Source: Candidatus Muproteobacteria bacterium (lineage in GTDB: Bacteria; Pseudomonadota; Gammaproteobacteria; Acidiferrobacterales; SPGG2). Taken from it: 64,000 nucleotides of DNA. Positions 9,528 through 19,430 of this stretch are shown here, piece after piece. The position numbers were made by a program, and so were the translations under genes. The notes below the pieces were generated by a model, which ran no database searches, was not told the DNA's origin, and saw only the letters and a list, made by a program, of their open reading frames with translations. Location of the stretch: positions 4,738 to 68,737 of the forward strand of contig QKEI01000117.1 of assembly GCA_003251795.1 (NCBI GenBank), given 5' to 3'. How positions within the stretch are numbered: the first letter of the stretch is position 1; every line of letters starts with the position of its first letter.

Positions 9528-12500
9528 ATGCGAAAGAAGATTCAACGCGTCGCCTTTCATATAGGCCGTTGGACATTGCACGTAAGTCGCTGGACGCTGT
9601 ATGTGCTGGCGGGCGTGCTGCTATTGCTTGCCGTCGTGCTTACGTTGCTTCGTGTTGCTTTGCCAACCCTTGCCAAGAACAAGGGCGAGCTCGAGCAGTA
9701 CCTGAGCGAGAAGACTAACTACTCAATTCACATCGCCGAGCTTCAAAGCTACTGGGATGGATGGCACCCGGGTATGCGCATCCAAGGGTTGGACATTTAT
9801 TCACCGGTCGATTTGACACGGGCGTTACGTCTGGGTGAAGTGCGCGTCAGCCTGGCGCTGTTGCCGCTGCTTTGGGGTGAGCTGCGCGTGGACAGCCTGG
9901 TGCTGGTAAGGCCTAGTATGGGGTTGGAACGACTAGCCGACGGGCGCCTGCAAGTCACGGGATTCGGTCCAATGCGCGCGCAAGAAGGTAGCGACAACAG
10001 CGGGTTCGTATTGTGGTTGCTGAAACAAAGGCACGTTGTTATCGAAGCCGGGGAGTTTCAATGGTTTGATCATCGCGGTGACGAAAAGCAGGCGATATAT
10101 CTATCGAAGATCAACATAGACTTGAAGAATTCCGGCAATCGTCATCAACTTGGCATTAGGAGTGAGTTCCCCCCAGAGATCTGCCTCGATTGCTCGATGA
10201 CGCTCGACATCCGCGGCAACCCCTTTGTCGATGAATCCTGGCAAGGTCGTGTGTCTGTCAAGATGGTTGACCTAAGACTCGATGCGCTACCCAAGGTTGT
10301 GCGCGAGGCAATGCCGTCGCCCATAGCCGGTAAGCTCAATGCGAACCTATTGACTGTTTGGCAGGACGGGCAACCCAAATCAGGCAGCGGCCACGTCAGC
10401 GTGGACGATCTGCAGCTGCCGCTGACGAAGTGGCACACCTCTTTCCGTATGCAAACGGCGCGCGCAGATCTCAATTGGAAACGCGACGGGGCATATTGGC
10501 ACCTGAACGTGGAAGATTTCTGGCTTGGGCTCAGCGGGCCGGCCTGGTCCGCCGGGCACTTGCGGGTTTTGGGGGGGCCAGACGGCACCACGCTGCGCCT
10601 GAAGCAGCTCGAGCTCGAGGACCTGAGCCGATTTCTCCGCACTCTGGAAATCGAAGATGGATTGCTCGAGTCGGTGAAATTGATGCAACCGCGCGGCAGG
10701 TTACAGGCTATTACTCTGCATATCGCGGGCGACGGCAAGAGCGCCGACGACTATGCGCTGAACGCGAAGGTCGAGCGCTTGCAGAGCGAACCGTTCGAAA
10801 AAATCCCGGGTGTGCGGGGCATCACAGGCAGTCTGTCAACTGAAGGTCGTCGTGGCAGCTTCATGCTCGACGCAAGCGATGTCACGGTTACTGCCCCCTA
10901 CATGTTCCGCCTACCCATCAACGCGAGCGCGGTATCCGCCACGCTGCGTTGGGCAGTGGAAGCGGAGCAGTGGCGTTTGAGCGGCGAGAACATGCGGGTG
11001 ATTGCCGAAGACGGTCGCGGCACCGGAACCTTAGAGTTACATGGACCTCTGGGAAGTGGCACCCGCCCCTATATGAACCTGCGAGTCGACTTTAGCGATG
11101 GCAACGGTGCCCATGCTAGTCGCTATTTTCCGCACAATGTCATGCCAGCGAAGCTGATCGAGTGGTTGGATAGGGCGATCGTGTCCGGCGACGTTGTCGC
11201 GGGTCGAGTGATTTTCGACGGTAACCTCGCAGACTTTCCCTTCCGCGAGGGCAACGGAACCTTCGAAGTCAGTGCTCGGGTACGCGATGCCGTATTCAAT
11301 TACTTGCCGGGCTGGACACCTCTTAGCAAAGGAGAGGGCGATCTCCTGTTCAAGGGCCCGGGCATGTTGATCACGATTGATCAGGCGGCGATCGGTGAAT
11401 TAGCCGTGAGCCAGGTTAAGGTGAGTGCGAAGGATCTCAGTCGATACGCGGAGCCAGTCGTCGAGATCAATGGTTTGGTGCAAGGCTCCGCTACCGAGAC
11501 GCTGCGGGTGCTGCGGAACGCACCACCGCCAGGCGGAGACAGCGACTGGAGCGCCTACGTGAACATGGGAATTGATGCCACCGGTCAGGGGTTGTTGAAG
11601 CTGCAGATCGAAATTCCGGCACTTGATCCTGAGACCTTTACCATGACCGGACAATATACCATCAACAACGGCACGCTACGCTTTCGGGTACCGCATGTGA
11701 GTGCTCACGAGGTACAGGGGTGGGTCGCTTTCGATCGCCTCGGTCCTACGAGCGGGGAGCTGCATGGCCAGTTTTTGGGGGGACCCGCCTACGTCAGCAT
11801 CGGCACCCAGCGTTCCGGCGAGCAGGTTGGGACGCTGTTGTCTGGTCGGGGAACGTTCACGGCCGCCGGCTTGATTGAGGCTGGACGCTTGAATGTATTG
11901 CGTTACCTGCACGGTGAAGCGCCCTGGCGTGGCGACATGCGCCTGCGAAACGGGCTTGATCAGCTGCGCCTCGAAGCAGATCTCAGCAAAATGCAGAGTA
12001 ATCTCCCGGCGCCGCTGGATCGACCAGACGGAATCGCCAGTAAGCTTTTGCTGGTATCTGAAAAGGCCGGCGCTGGCGCACGCTTGGTGAGCGTGCGCAT
12101 CGGTGAGCATATCGATAGCCGTTTCAAGTTCATCAGCCAGACGGATGGCTGGGTTTTTGATCGCGGTGCGATCGTCTTGGGTATGGGTGAGGCGACCCTG
12201 CCGGCCGGTCCTGGGCTCGAGGTAAGTGCCACCGCGGTTCACGTCGACGCTGATCCCTGGTTTGAGGTGTTCCACCGAGGCGAGGGCGCGGTGTCGACGA
12301 CAGTGTTGAGACGCTTGCGCGGCGATTTCGATTCGCTTTATCTATTCAACCGGAGGTTCGGTAAATTTCATATCGACATCTCGAGGAATCGCGGCGATTG
12401 GAGCGGGGAGATATACGGCGATTCTGTGCAGGGACGCATTAAGCTCACTGAGGGTAGCGACATTCCCATCGCCAACATGCGGCTCGAGCTCGCACACCTT

Positions 12501-13382
12501 GACCTGCCAGAGAAGAAACCACGACCGGACATGAATCCACCCGATCCGCGCATCTTGCCATCTTTGCACCTAGTGGCGAAGTCCTTCGTCTTCGGCGGTA
12601 ACCCCATCGGCGAGCTCCAATTTACTGCGATGCACACGGTGCTCGGGTGGAAGGTCACGCAGGCCCGTCTGGTAAGGCCGGATATGACGTTGGTGCTCAC
12701 TGGTCGATGGTCGCAGGTGGAGGGTAATGATTTCACGGAGCTCGAGCTTGAGTTACACAGTTCCGATATGGGCGAAACGCTGACGGCCTTCAACCAGCCG
12801 GAGCAGATAAAGGATGGTGTCTTCGATGTCAACGCCAAGTTGGCCTGGCGTGGGCCACCGGCCAAGCCTGCGTTGTCGACGTTGAAGGGCAACGTCACGT
12901 TATCAGCCAAGGATGGCCGTTTTCTTCGCGTCAAGCAGGGAGCAGGTAGACTCTTTGGTCTGCTGGACTTCAGTGCCATTGGCAAGCTTTTCACCTTGGA
13001 TTTTGCTTCACTATTTGGCAAAGGGCTGCCGTTCAAGACCCTGAAAGGTGACATATCCCTTGATCATGGCAACGCCTATACGCACAACCTCTACATGACC
13101 GGGGTGGCGCAGGTCTCGTTTAACGGCAGGATGGGCATCGCGGACAAGGATTTCGACCTTGGCGTGCAGGTTGTACCCAGCATAGGTACCAATATCGGCC
13201 TGTGGGCGGTGCTCGGTCCGCAAGTAGGACTGGTACTGCTCTCGCTCGAAAAGATTTTCAAAAAACAGTTCGCCAAGGGAACCCGTATCACCTATCTGGT
13301 TAAAGGACCTTGGGACGACCCGCAGATCGAGAGGCTTGGTGATGTGCCGCAGACGGAAGAGCCGGATGCGCCCCAACATTGA
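9528..13382 (+). CDS. yhdP: YhdP-family (AsmA-like) phospholipid bridge protein
   Basis: 1284 aa with an N-terminal TM helix, GAGRLFGLL and a C-terminal YLVKGPWDDP. rng-yhdP-nit-tldD synteny. Confidence 0.93.
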   Translation: MRKKIQRVAFHIGRWTLHVSRWTLYVLAGVLLLLAVVLTLLRVALPTLAKNKGELEQYLSEKTNYSIHIAELQSYWDGWHPGMRIQGLDIYSPVDLTRALRLGEVRVSLALLPLLWGELRVDSLVLVRPSMGLERLADGRLQVTGFGPMRAQEGSDNSGFVLWLLKQRHVVIEAGEFQWFDHRGDEKQAIYLSKINIDLKNSGNRHQLGIRSEFPPEICLDCSMTLDIRGNPFVDESWQGRVSVKMVDLRLDALPKVVREAMPSPIAGKLNANLLTVWQDGQPKSGSGHVSVDDLQLPLTKWHTSFRMQTARADLNWKRDGAYWHLNVEDFWLGLSGPAWSAGHLRVLGGPDGTTLRLKQLELEDLSRFLRTLEIEDGLLESVKLMQPRGRLQAITLHIAGDGKSADDYALNAKVERLQSEPFEKIPGVRGITGSLSTEGRRGSFMLDASDVTVTAPYMFRLPINASAVSATLRWAVEAEQWRLSGENMRVIAEDGRGTGTLELHGPLGSGTRPYMNLRVDFSDGNGAHASRYFPHNVMPAKLIEWLDRAIVSGDVVAGRVIFDGNLADFPFREGNGTFEVSARVRDAVFNYLPGWTPLSKGEGDLLFKGPGMLITIDQAAIGELAVSQVKVSAKDLSRYAEPVVEINGLVQGSATETLRVLRNAPPPGGDSDWSAYVNMGIDATGQGLLKLQIEIPALDPETFTMTGQYTINNGTLRFRVPHVSAHEVQGWVAFDRLGPTSGELHGQFLGGPAYVSIGTQRSGEQVGTLLSGRGTFTAAGLIEAGRLNVLRYLHGEAPWRGDMRLRNGLDQLRLEADLSKMQSNLPAPLDRPDGIASKLLLVSEKAGAGARLVSVRIGEHIDSRFKFISQTDGWVFDRGAIVLGMGEATLPAGPGLEVSATAVHVDADPWFEVFHRGEGAVSTTVLRRLRGDFDSLYLFNRRFGKFHIDISRNRGDWSGEIYGDSVQGRIKLTEGSDIPIANMRLELAHLDLPEKKPRPDMNPPDPRILPSLHLVAKSFVFGGNPIGELQFTAMHTVLGWKVTQARLVRPDMTLVLTGRWSQVEGNDFTELELELHSSDMGETLTAFNQPEQIKDGVFDVNAKLAWRGPPAKPALSTLKGNVTLSAKDGRFLRVKQGAGRLFGLLDFSAIGKLFTLDFASLFGKGLPFKTLKGDISLDHGNAYTHNLYMTGVAQVSFNGRMGIADKDFDLGVQVVPSIGTNIGLWAVLGPQVGLVLLSLEKIFKKQFAKGTRITYLVKGPWDDPQIERLGDVPQTEEPDAPQH

Positions 13383-13392
13383 AGGCGGATGA

Positions 13393-13755
13393 ATGGTGAG
13401 TGGTTCAATGCTATGCTCATCAACAATGTGGCCGCCTGCGCTGATGCTCGCGTTGTTCTTGCTTGTACCACCGCCGTTGTGGGCGGAGAGCGTAACGATC
13501 AGCGCGGAGCGGTGGGCAACGCCGCGCAGCGGCGAGACCGTAGCCGCGTGGCCGGAACTACGCGAGCTAATGGCCACATTCGATCGCAAACCCGGTAGCC
13601 AGCTCGTTATTCGCTATGCGCGCGGGGAAAATGGCTCCTTATGGGCCGAGGAGCTGCGCTCCTGGCTGGTCTCGTTGGGGGTCCCTTCAAGTCGTATCAA
13701 CCTAAAAGACGACCTGCAAAGGCGCGACATCGTGCGTGTCGACACCGTGCCTTAA
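13393..13755 (+). CDS. Hypothetical secreted protein, possible degenerate OmpA-like domain
   Basis: Fills the yhdP-nit gap with tight spacing (10 bp and 9 bp). Signal-peptide-like LMLALFLLVPPPLWA. LRSWLVSLGVPSSRI resembles the OmpA_C motif. Confidence 0.75.
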   Translation: MVSGSMLCSSTMWPPALMLALFLLVPPPLWAESVTISAERWATPRSGETVAAWPELRELMATFDRKPGSQLVIRYARGENGSLWAEELRSWLVSLGVPSSRINLKDDLQRRDIVRVDTVP

Positions 13756-13764
13756 CGAAGATCC

Positions 13765-14613
13765 ATGAACCGGATTGCCGCTATCCAAATGACGTCAGGC
13801 CCGGAGGTCGCCTCCAACCTTGCTGAGGCCACGCGCTTGATAGGCCAAGCCGTCGATGCCGGCGCGACCATGGTGGTATTGCCGGAGAATTTTGCCATTA
13901 TGCCAATGAAAGAAGGCGATCGGTTAGCGGTGGTTGAAAAAGATGGTGCAGGCCCCATTCAAGATTTTCTCTGCGAGCAAGCGCGCCAGCACCGCATCTG
14001 GCTCATCGGCGGAACCATACCGTTGCAGGCGCGACAAAGTAACAAGGTTCGCGCCGCCTGCTTGTTGTTCGATGATCAAGGCACACGCGTAGCTCGCTAT
14101 GACAAGATCCATCTGTTTGATGTCAAGCTGCAGAACGGTGAGGAGTATCTCGAGTCGGGGGTGATCGAGGCTGGGGACGAGATCGTGGTAGCCGATACAC
14201 CGCTCGGCCGGCTCGGCCTTGCGGTCTGCTATGATTTGCGCTTTCCAGAGCTTTTCCGCCGTATGCTCGATGAGGGCGCTGAGATCATCACATTGCCGTC
14301 GGCATTTACGGTGCTTACCGGTAAGGCGCATTGGGAAGTGCTGTTGCGGGCACGCGCGGTTGAGAATCTTAGTTTCGTGGTTGCTGCCGCCCAGGTGGGT
14401 CGCCACACCAATGGCCGAGAGACTTACGGCGACAGCATGATTGTCGGTCCATGGGGTGAAGTGCTCGCGCGATTGACTCGCGGACCTGGATTTGTAGTCG
14501 CTGATATCGATCGTGAACACTTGCAGCGCGTACGCAGTGCGCTGCCGAGTATTGAACACCGGAAACCTAGTGATGTCAGAAATCCTACAAAAGGCACGCG
14601 CCTCTCTGCTTGA
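13765..14613 (+). CDS. Carbon-nitrogen hydrolase (Nit1/deaminated glutathione amidase-like)
   Basis: Triad motifs [12 protein letters not shown] and VCYDLRFPE, plus [14 protein letters not shown]. Confidence 0.95.
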   Translation: MNRIAAIQMTSGPEVASNLAEATRLIGQAVDAGATMVVLPENFAIMPMKEGDRLAVVEKDGAGPIQDFLCEQARQHRIWLIGGTIPLQARQSNKVRAACLLFDDQGTRVARYDKIHLFDVKLQNGEEYLESGVIEAGDEIVVADTPLGRLGLAVCYDLRFPELFRRMLDEGAEIITLPSAFTVLTGKAHWEVLLRARAVENLSFVVAAAQVGRHTNGRETYGDSMIVGPWGEVLARLTRGPGFVVADIDREHLQRVRSALPSIEHRKPSDVRNPTKGTRLSA

Positions 14614-16018
14614 GCCTGCAGGGATCGGTGATTCCGACCTTGAGCGACTGATGGGGCAGTTGTTATCTCGTCGTGTAGATTACGCGGATCTCTATTTTCA
14701 GTATCGTCGCCACGAGTCCTGGTCGCTCGAAGAGGGGCGCGTCAAAACCGGCAGCCATAACATCGAGCAGGGTGTCGGTGTGCGCGCAGTAAGCCAAGAG
14801 AAAACTGGATTTGCCTACTCCGACGAGATTGGCCTGCCGGCATTACTGGACGCCGCCCATGCTGCCCGTGCCATCGCCCAGCAGGGCCATAGCGTGACGC
14901 TGCCGACAGGCTGGAACGCCGGGCGCGGTCTTGAGCTCTACTCGGCCACGGATCCGCTTCCGAGCCTGACGGACGAGCAAAAGGTGCAATTGCTGGAGCA
15001 GGTAGAGGCAGAGGCGCGGCGCTCGGATCCCCGCGTGAAGCAAGTGATGGCGGGACTCGCTGCGGTGCACGAAGTGGTCATGGTTGCTCGCAGTGACGGC
15101 ATGCTCGCGGCTGACGTGCGCCCTCTGGTGCGCCTCAGCGTTACCGTAATTGCCGAGGAGAACGGTCGCCGCGAACAAGGGGTGGCTGGTGGTGGTGGTC
15201 GGTTCGGTTACCCATATTTCTTGGAAAAGGAAACGGCGCTTGGCTATGCGCGCGAGGCCGTGCGCCAGGCGCTGGTAAATCTGGAGGCGGTTGATGCGCC
15301 GGCCGGCACCTTGCAGGTGGTGCTAGGACCTGGTTGGCCCGGGATCTTGCTGCATGAGGCGATCGGCCATGGCCTCGAAGGCGATTTCAATCGCAAAGGT
15401 ACGTCGGCGTTTTCCGGGCGCATTGGTGAGCGCGTGGCGACGGAACAATGCACGGTGGTCGATGATGGCACGCTGGCGCAACGGCGCGGTTCACTCAATG
15501 TCGATGATGAAGGCACGCCTACGCAAAAAACCGTGCTAATAGAAAACGGAGTACTGGTGCAGTATATGCAGGACACGCTTAATGCGCGCCTGATGGGTAT
15601 GGCACCGACGGGTAACGGGCGACGCGAGTCCTATGCGCACGTGCCCATGCCGCGTATGACCAACACTTACATGATTGCAGGTAGTTACGATCCCCAAGAA
15701 ATCATCGCGTCTGTGCAGCGTGGGCTCTATGCGGTGAACTTCGGCGGCGGTCAGGTCGATATTACCTCGGGGAAGTTCGTGTTCTCTGCGAGCGAGGCCT
15801 ATCTAATCGAGAACGGCAAGGTCACGCGTCCAGTTAAAGGCGCCACCTTAGTCGGCAACGGCCCTGATGTGTTGACGCGCGTGAGTATGGTCGGTAACGA
15901 TCTGCGTCTCGATACCGGTGTTGGCACGTGCGGCAAGGAGGGGCAAAGCGTACCAGTGGGTGTGGGTCAACCTACCATGCGCATCGATGGTCTCACCGTC
16001 GGTGGTACCCAAGGCTGA
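14573..16018 (+). CDS. tldD: Metalloprotease TldD
   Basis: [27 protein letters not shown] and [11 protein letters not shown]. Start at ATG 14573. Confidence 0.98.
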   Translation: MSEILQKARASLLEPAGIGDSDLERLMGQLLSRRVDYADLYFQYRRHESWSLEEGRVKTGSHNIEQGVGVRAVSQEKTGFAYSDEIGLPALLDAAHAARAIAQQGHSVTLPTGWNAGRGLELYSATDPLPSLTDEQKVQLLEQVEAEARRSDPRVKQVMAGLAAVHEVVMVARSDGMLAADVRPLVRLSVTVIAEENGRREQGVAGGGGRFGYPYFLEKETALGYAREAVRQALVNLEAVDAPAGTLQVVLGPGWPGILLHEAIGHGLEGDFNRKGTSAFSGRIGERVATEQCTVVDDGTLAQRRGSLNVDDEGTPTQKTVLIENGVLVQYMQDTLNARLMGMAPTGNGRRESYAHVPMPRMTNTYMIAGSYDPQEIIASVQRGLYAVNFGGGQVDITSGKFVFSASEAYLIENGKVTRPVKGATLVGNGPDVLTRVSMVGNDLRLDTGVGTCGKEGQSVPVGVGQPTMRIDGLTVGGTQG

Positions 16019-16031
16019 GGGGCGCCATGGC

Positions 16032-17387
16032 ATGAGCAAGCGCAGCGATTTGTTGGTCGATGCCAAACTAGGACAGGCCCCGCTGACGGCGGTGGTTGAG
16101 AAGATCCTCGCGCAAGCGCGACGGCAGGGGGCCAGTGCCGCCGAAGCGGCTGTCAGCGTGGGGCAGGGATTATCTGTGACGGTACGTCTCGGTGAAGTTG
16201 AGACGGTCGAGCACAATCGTGATAAGCATCTTGGACTGACGGTATATTTGGGACAGAAGAGCGGCTCTGCTAGTACCTCCGACTTTAGTGATGCTGCGAT
16301 CCACGACACGGTACGTGCTGCTTGTTCTATCGCTAAATACACCGCTGAGGACGAGTGTGCCGGTCTCGCCGATCGTGATCGGTTAGCAACGGAGTTTCCC
16401 GACCTCGAGCTCTATCACCCTTGGAACCCGGGAACCGCTCGGGCGATCGAGCTGGCGCGCGAGTGTGAAGATGCCGCACGGCGCGCCGACACCAGAATCA
16501 AGAACTCCGAGGGCGCTACACTTTCCACGCAAGAAGGCGTCGAGGTTTACGGCAATACCCATGGTTTCATCGCCACGACGCCCACTACTCGGCATAGTTT
16601 GAGCTGCAGCGTCATCGCACAGGATGAGGGCGGTATGCAGCGGGATTATTGGTACTCGACGGTGCGTGACCATAGCGATCTCGACAGTGCAGTCGAAGTT
16701 GGAACGCAAGCGGGTCGGCGGGCCGTGCGGCGATTAGGGGCGCGCAAGCTCGACACGCGACAAACACCGGTAATCTACGAAGCCCCGATCGCCTCGAGCC
16801 TGCTATCTCATTTCATCAACGCGGTGCGCGGGTCTAGTCTTTATCGCGGGGCGTCGTTCTTACTGGATCATATCGACAAGCCGGTATTTGCCGGGCACGT
16901 ACGAATCTTCGAGCAGCCGCACCTGAGGAAAGGTCTCGGTAGTGCTGCCTTCGATAGCGAAGGTGTCGCTACGGTCGAACACGATATTGTCACGGCCGGC
17001 GTGTTAAAGAGCTACGTGCTCGACTCCTACTCGGCCCGCAAGCTCGGTTTGCAAACGACCGGCAATGCGGGCGGCGTGCATAACCTCAGCATCTCTACCA
17101 GTGAGCATGATCTGCCCGCGCTGTTGCAGCAAATGGGCAGTGGACTGCTCATCACAGAGCTCATTGGTTTCGGCGTAAATGTCGTTACCGGCGACTATTC
17201 CCGCGGTGCGGCCGGGTTCTGGGTCGATGGCGGGGAGATCCAGTTCCCAGTTGAGGAAATCACCGTTGCCGGCAATCTCAAGCAGATGTTTGCCGATGTA
17301 GTTGCAGTCGGCAACGATGTCGATACCCGAAGCAATATCCGTAGTGGTTCTATCCTGATCCGCCGCATGACGGTAGCCGGCAGTTAG
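16032..17387 (+). CDS. pmbA: Metalloprotease PmbA (TldE)
   Basis: VRLGEVETVE, MQRDYWY, TTGNAGG and TGDYSRGAAGFW. Confidence 0.97.
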   Translation: MSKRSDLLVDAKLGQAPLTAVVEKILAQARRQGASAAEAAVSVGQGLSVTVRLGEVETVEHNRDKHLGLTVYLGQKSGSASTSDFSDAAIHDTVRAACSIAKYTAEDECAGLADRDRLATEFPDLELYHPWNPGTARAIELARECEDAARRADTRIKNSEGATLSTQEGVEVYGNTHGFIATTPTTRHSLSCSVIAQDEGGMQRDYWYSTVRDHSDLDSAVEVGTQAGRRAVRRLGARKLDTRQTPVIYEAPIASSLLSHFINAVRGSSLYRGASFLLDHIDKPVFAGHVRIFEQPHLRKGLGSAAFDSEGVATVEHDIVTAGVLKSYVLDSYSARKLGLQTTGNAGGVHNLSISTSEHDLPALLQQMGSGLLITELIGFGVNVVTGDYSRGAAGFWVDGGEIQFPVEEITVAGNLKQMFADVVAVGNDVDTRSNIRSGSILIRRMTVAGS

Positions 17388-17519
17388 TGATAACCCCTGT
17401 ACCCACTAACACGGTCGCCTGATTTATCCCTGCCGCTAGTCAGTCACGCCGTTTGAGGGCATGCGCGCCCGGGGTGCGACTCTCAGCGCTGCGCGAGACA
17501 AGAAACGCATATGGCCCGG

Positions 17520-17528
17520 TGTTAGAAT
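17520..17528 (+). promoter_or_regulatory. Putative extended -10 promoter for mgtE
   Basis: TG-T-TAGAAT about 40 bp upstream of the mgtE ATG. Confidence 0.45.
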
Positions 17529-17568
17529 CCGGCTCTTTGTTACGCACACACCTTTCACGAATTGCCCG

Positions 17569-18924
17569 ATGACCACGGCACAACCACAAAAGCAATCTGA
17601 GCAGCTCCTCGCCATACTTGCGGCTCTGGAAAACGAAAGAGCCGAGGAGGTCGAGGCAATTCTCAAGGCGTTGCACCCCGCCGATATCGCCGATGTATTG
17701 GAGGCGATCCCCCCCGAGCAGCGCCACGAGATCTGGCGCAAAGTGGACCCAGCGCTGATGGGTGAGGTGTTGCTGGAGGTGCCGGAGGCGGTACGGGCAG
17801 ATCTGCTGAATGAGCTCGATCAGACGTCGCTTATTACTGCTGTACAGGCACTGAACACGGATGACGTCGCTGACCTGTTGCCTGCGCTTTCACCGGAGGC
17901 CACCGCCGAAATCCTGCTCTTCATGGACAAGCAACAGCGTCAACGGCTCGACGCCGTCTTGTCCTTTCCCGAGGATACGGCCGGTGGCTTGATGAATGTT
18001 GATGCAGTTACCGTGCGTGAGAATATCACGCTGCAAGTGGTATTTCGCTATTTGCGTTTGCTCGGTGAGTTGCCGGAGCAGACGAGCACGCTCTACGTGG
18101 TCGACAAGATCCACCGTCTGGTCGGTGAGCTGCCGCTAGTGAAACTACTTACCTCAGATCCCAAAATGCAGGTGAGAGAGGTAATGGATCCGCAGCCGAT
18201 CAAGTTTAGCGCTATGACCAAAGACGCTGAGGTCGCTACGGCGTTTGAAAACTACGACCTGATCAGCGCCCCGGTCGTCGATGAGCACGAAAAGCTCCTG
18301 GGTCGTATTACTGTGGACGATGTGGTTGATGTCATACGCGAAGATGCAGACCACTCGGTGATGGCGCCGGCGGGCCTGAGCGAAGCGGTCGATATCTTCG
18401 CGCCGGTCGCACGCAGCGCACGTGACCGCACACTCTGGCTTGGCATTAACCTGGTCACGGCCATTGTTGCGTCGTGGGTAATCGGCCTATTCGAGGACAC
18501 TATTCAAAAGGTAGTAGCGCTGGCAGTGCTAATGCCGATTGTCGCCAGCATGGGCGGTAACGCGGGCACGCAGACCGTCACGCTGGTGGTGCGTGGGCTG
18601 GCGCTCGGCACGATCACGGATGCTAATGCCCGCCGGTTATTAGTAAGGGAACTGATGGTGGGTGTGTTGAACAGTATGTTATGGGCCTTTATTGTCGGAC
18701 TCATTGCCGTTGTTTGGTTTCACGATCTCGGCTTGGGCCTTGTTATCGCTCTGGCGATGGTCATCAATCTGGTATTTGCGGCGCTTGCCGGCGTGCTGAT
18801 TCCGGTGGGTGTCCGACGCCTGGGTATCGATCCGGCTCTAGCTAGTGGTGTTGCCTTGACGACAGTGACCGATGTGGTCGGTTTTCTATCTTTTCTCGGT
18901 CTCGCAACGGTCCTTCTCGTCTAA
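17569..18924 (+). CDS. mgtE: Magnesium transporter MgtE
   Basis: LHPADIAD, CBS pair (TAGGLM, GRITVDD), MGGNAGTQ, DPALASG and TTVTDVVG. Confidence 0.97.
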   Translation: MTTAQPQKQSEQLLAILAALENERAEEVEAILKALHPADIADVLEAIPPEQRHEIWRKVDPALMGEVLLEVPEAVRADLLNELDQTSLITAVQALNTDDVADLLPALSPEATAEILLFMDKQQRQRLDAVLSFPEDTAGGLMNVDAVTVRENITLQVVFRYLRLLGELPEQTSTLYVVDKIHRLVGELPLVKLLTSDPKMQVREVMDPQPIKFSAMTKDAEVATAFENYDLISAPVVDEHEKLLGRITVDDVVDVIREDADHSVMAPAGLSEAVDIFAPVARSARDRTLWLGINLVTAIVASWVIGLFEDTIQKVVALAVLMPIVASMGGNAGTQTVTLVVRGLALGTITDANARRLLVRELMVGVLNSMLWAFIVGLIAVVWFHDLGLGLVIALAMVINLVFAALAGVLIPVGVRRLGIDPALASGVALTTVTDVVGFLSFLGLATVLLV

Positions 18925-18939
18925 CGCCGGTGTCGCGCG

Positions 18940-18968
18940 TTGCGAGGTCGGTGACCCATCGCTAAAAT
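18940..18968 (+). promoter_or_regulatory. Putative sigma70 promoter of the WYL gene
   Basis: TTGCGA-N17-TAAAAT ending 30 bp upstream of the GTG start, with AAGGTG as a possible SD. Confidence 0.55.
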
Positions 18969-18998
18969 GGACACGCGTAGACTTGCCAAAGGTGACAT

Positions 18999-19403
18999 GT
19001 GTCGACCGATGTACTGGAGTTGTTGAAGAAGGCCATAAACGAGCAGCGTTATGCGTCGGTTCGTTACCACGAAGGCGGTGCGCGAGTGGTTGAACCGCAT
19101 GCCGCCTATAAAGACGAACAGGGCCGGCTCATGGTCGATTGCTACCAGACCGGCGGTTATTCGGCATCCGGGAGAAAACCGCCTTTCTGGAAGCGTCTAC
19201 GCGTAAATAAGATCGCCAGCGTTTCACTGCTGGATGACACTTTCGAGCCCCGGCTCACCGAGGGTTTCAAACCGACCAAACCCAGGTATAAGCAGAACAT
19301 GGTGGCAATCGTCGGTGCGGGCAAACCCTGCTTTCTTTACTCTCCCGAGGCACTCAAGGAAATGGGTCCGTTTCTGCCCGAAGGCGTGGGCAGATATCGC
19401 TGA
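18999..19403 (+). CDS. Stand-alone WYL-domain-like protein
   Basis: Pattern LKKAI...VRY...RVVEPH...YQTGGYS...WKRLRVNKI...DTF follows the WYL fold layout. No HTH domain. Confidence 0.7.
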   Translation: MSTDVLELLKKAINEQRYASVRYHEGGARVVEPHAAYKDEQGRLMVDCYQTGGYSASGRKPPFWKRLRVNKIASVSLLDDTFEPRLTEGFKPTKPRYKQNMVAIVGAGKPCFLYSPEALKEMGPFLPEGVGRYR

Positions 19404-19430
19404 GGCATCCGAGGCGCGCCCGCAACGGTG

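Noticed and set aside
17388-17568. Possible M-box (ykoK) riboswitch or leader peptide upstream of mgtE
   Set aside because: No recognisable M-box core or terminator, and the candidate -10 leaves a leader of only about 35 nt. An Rfam scan would be decisive.
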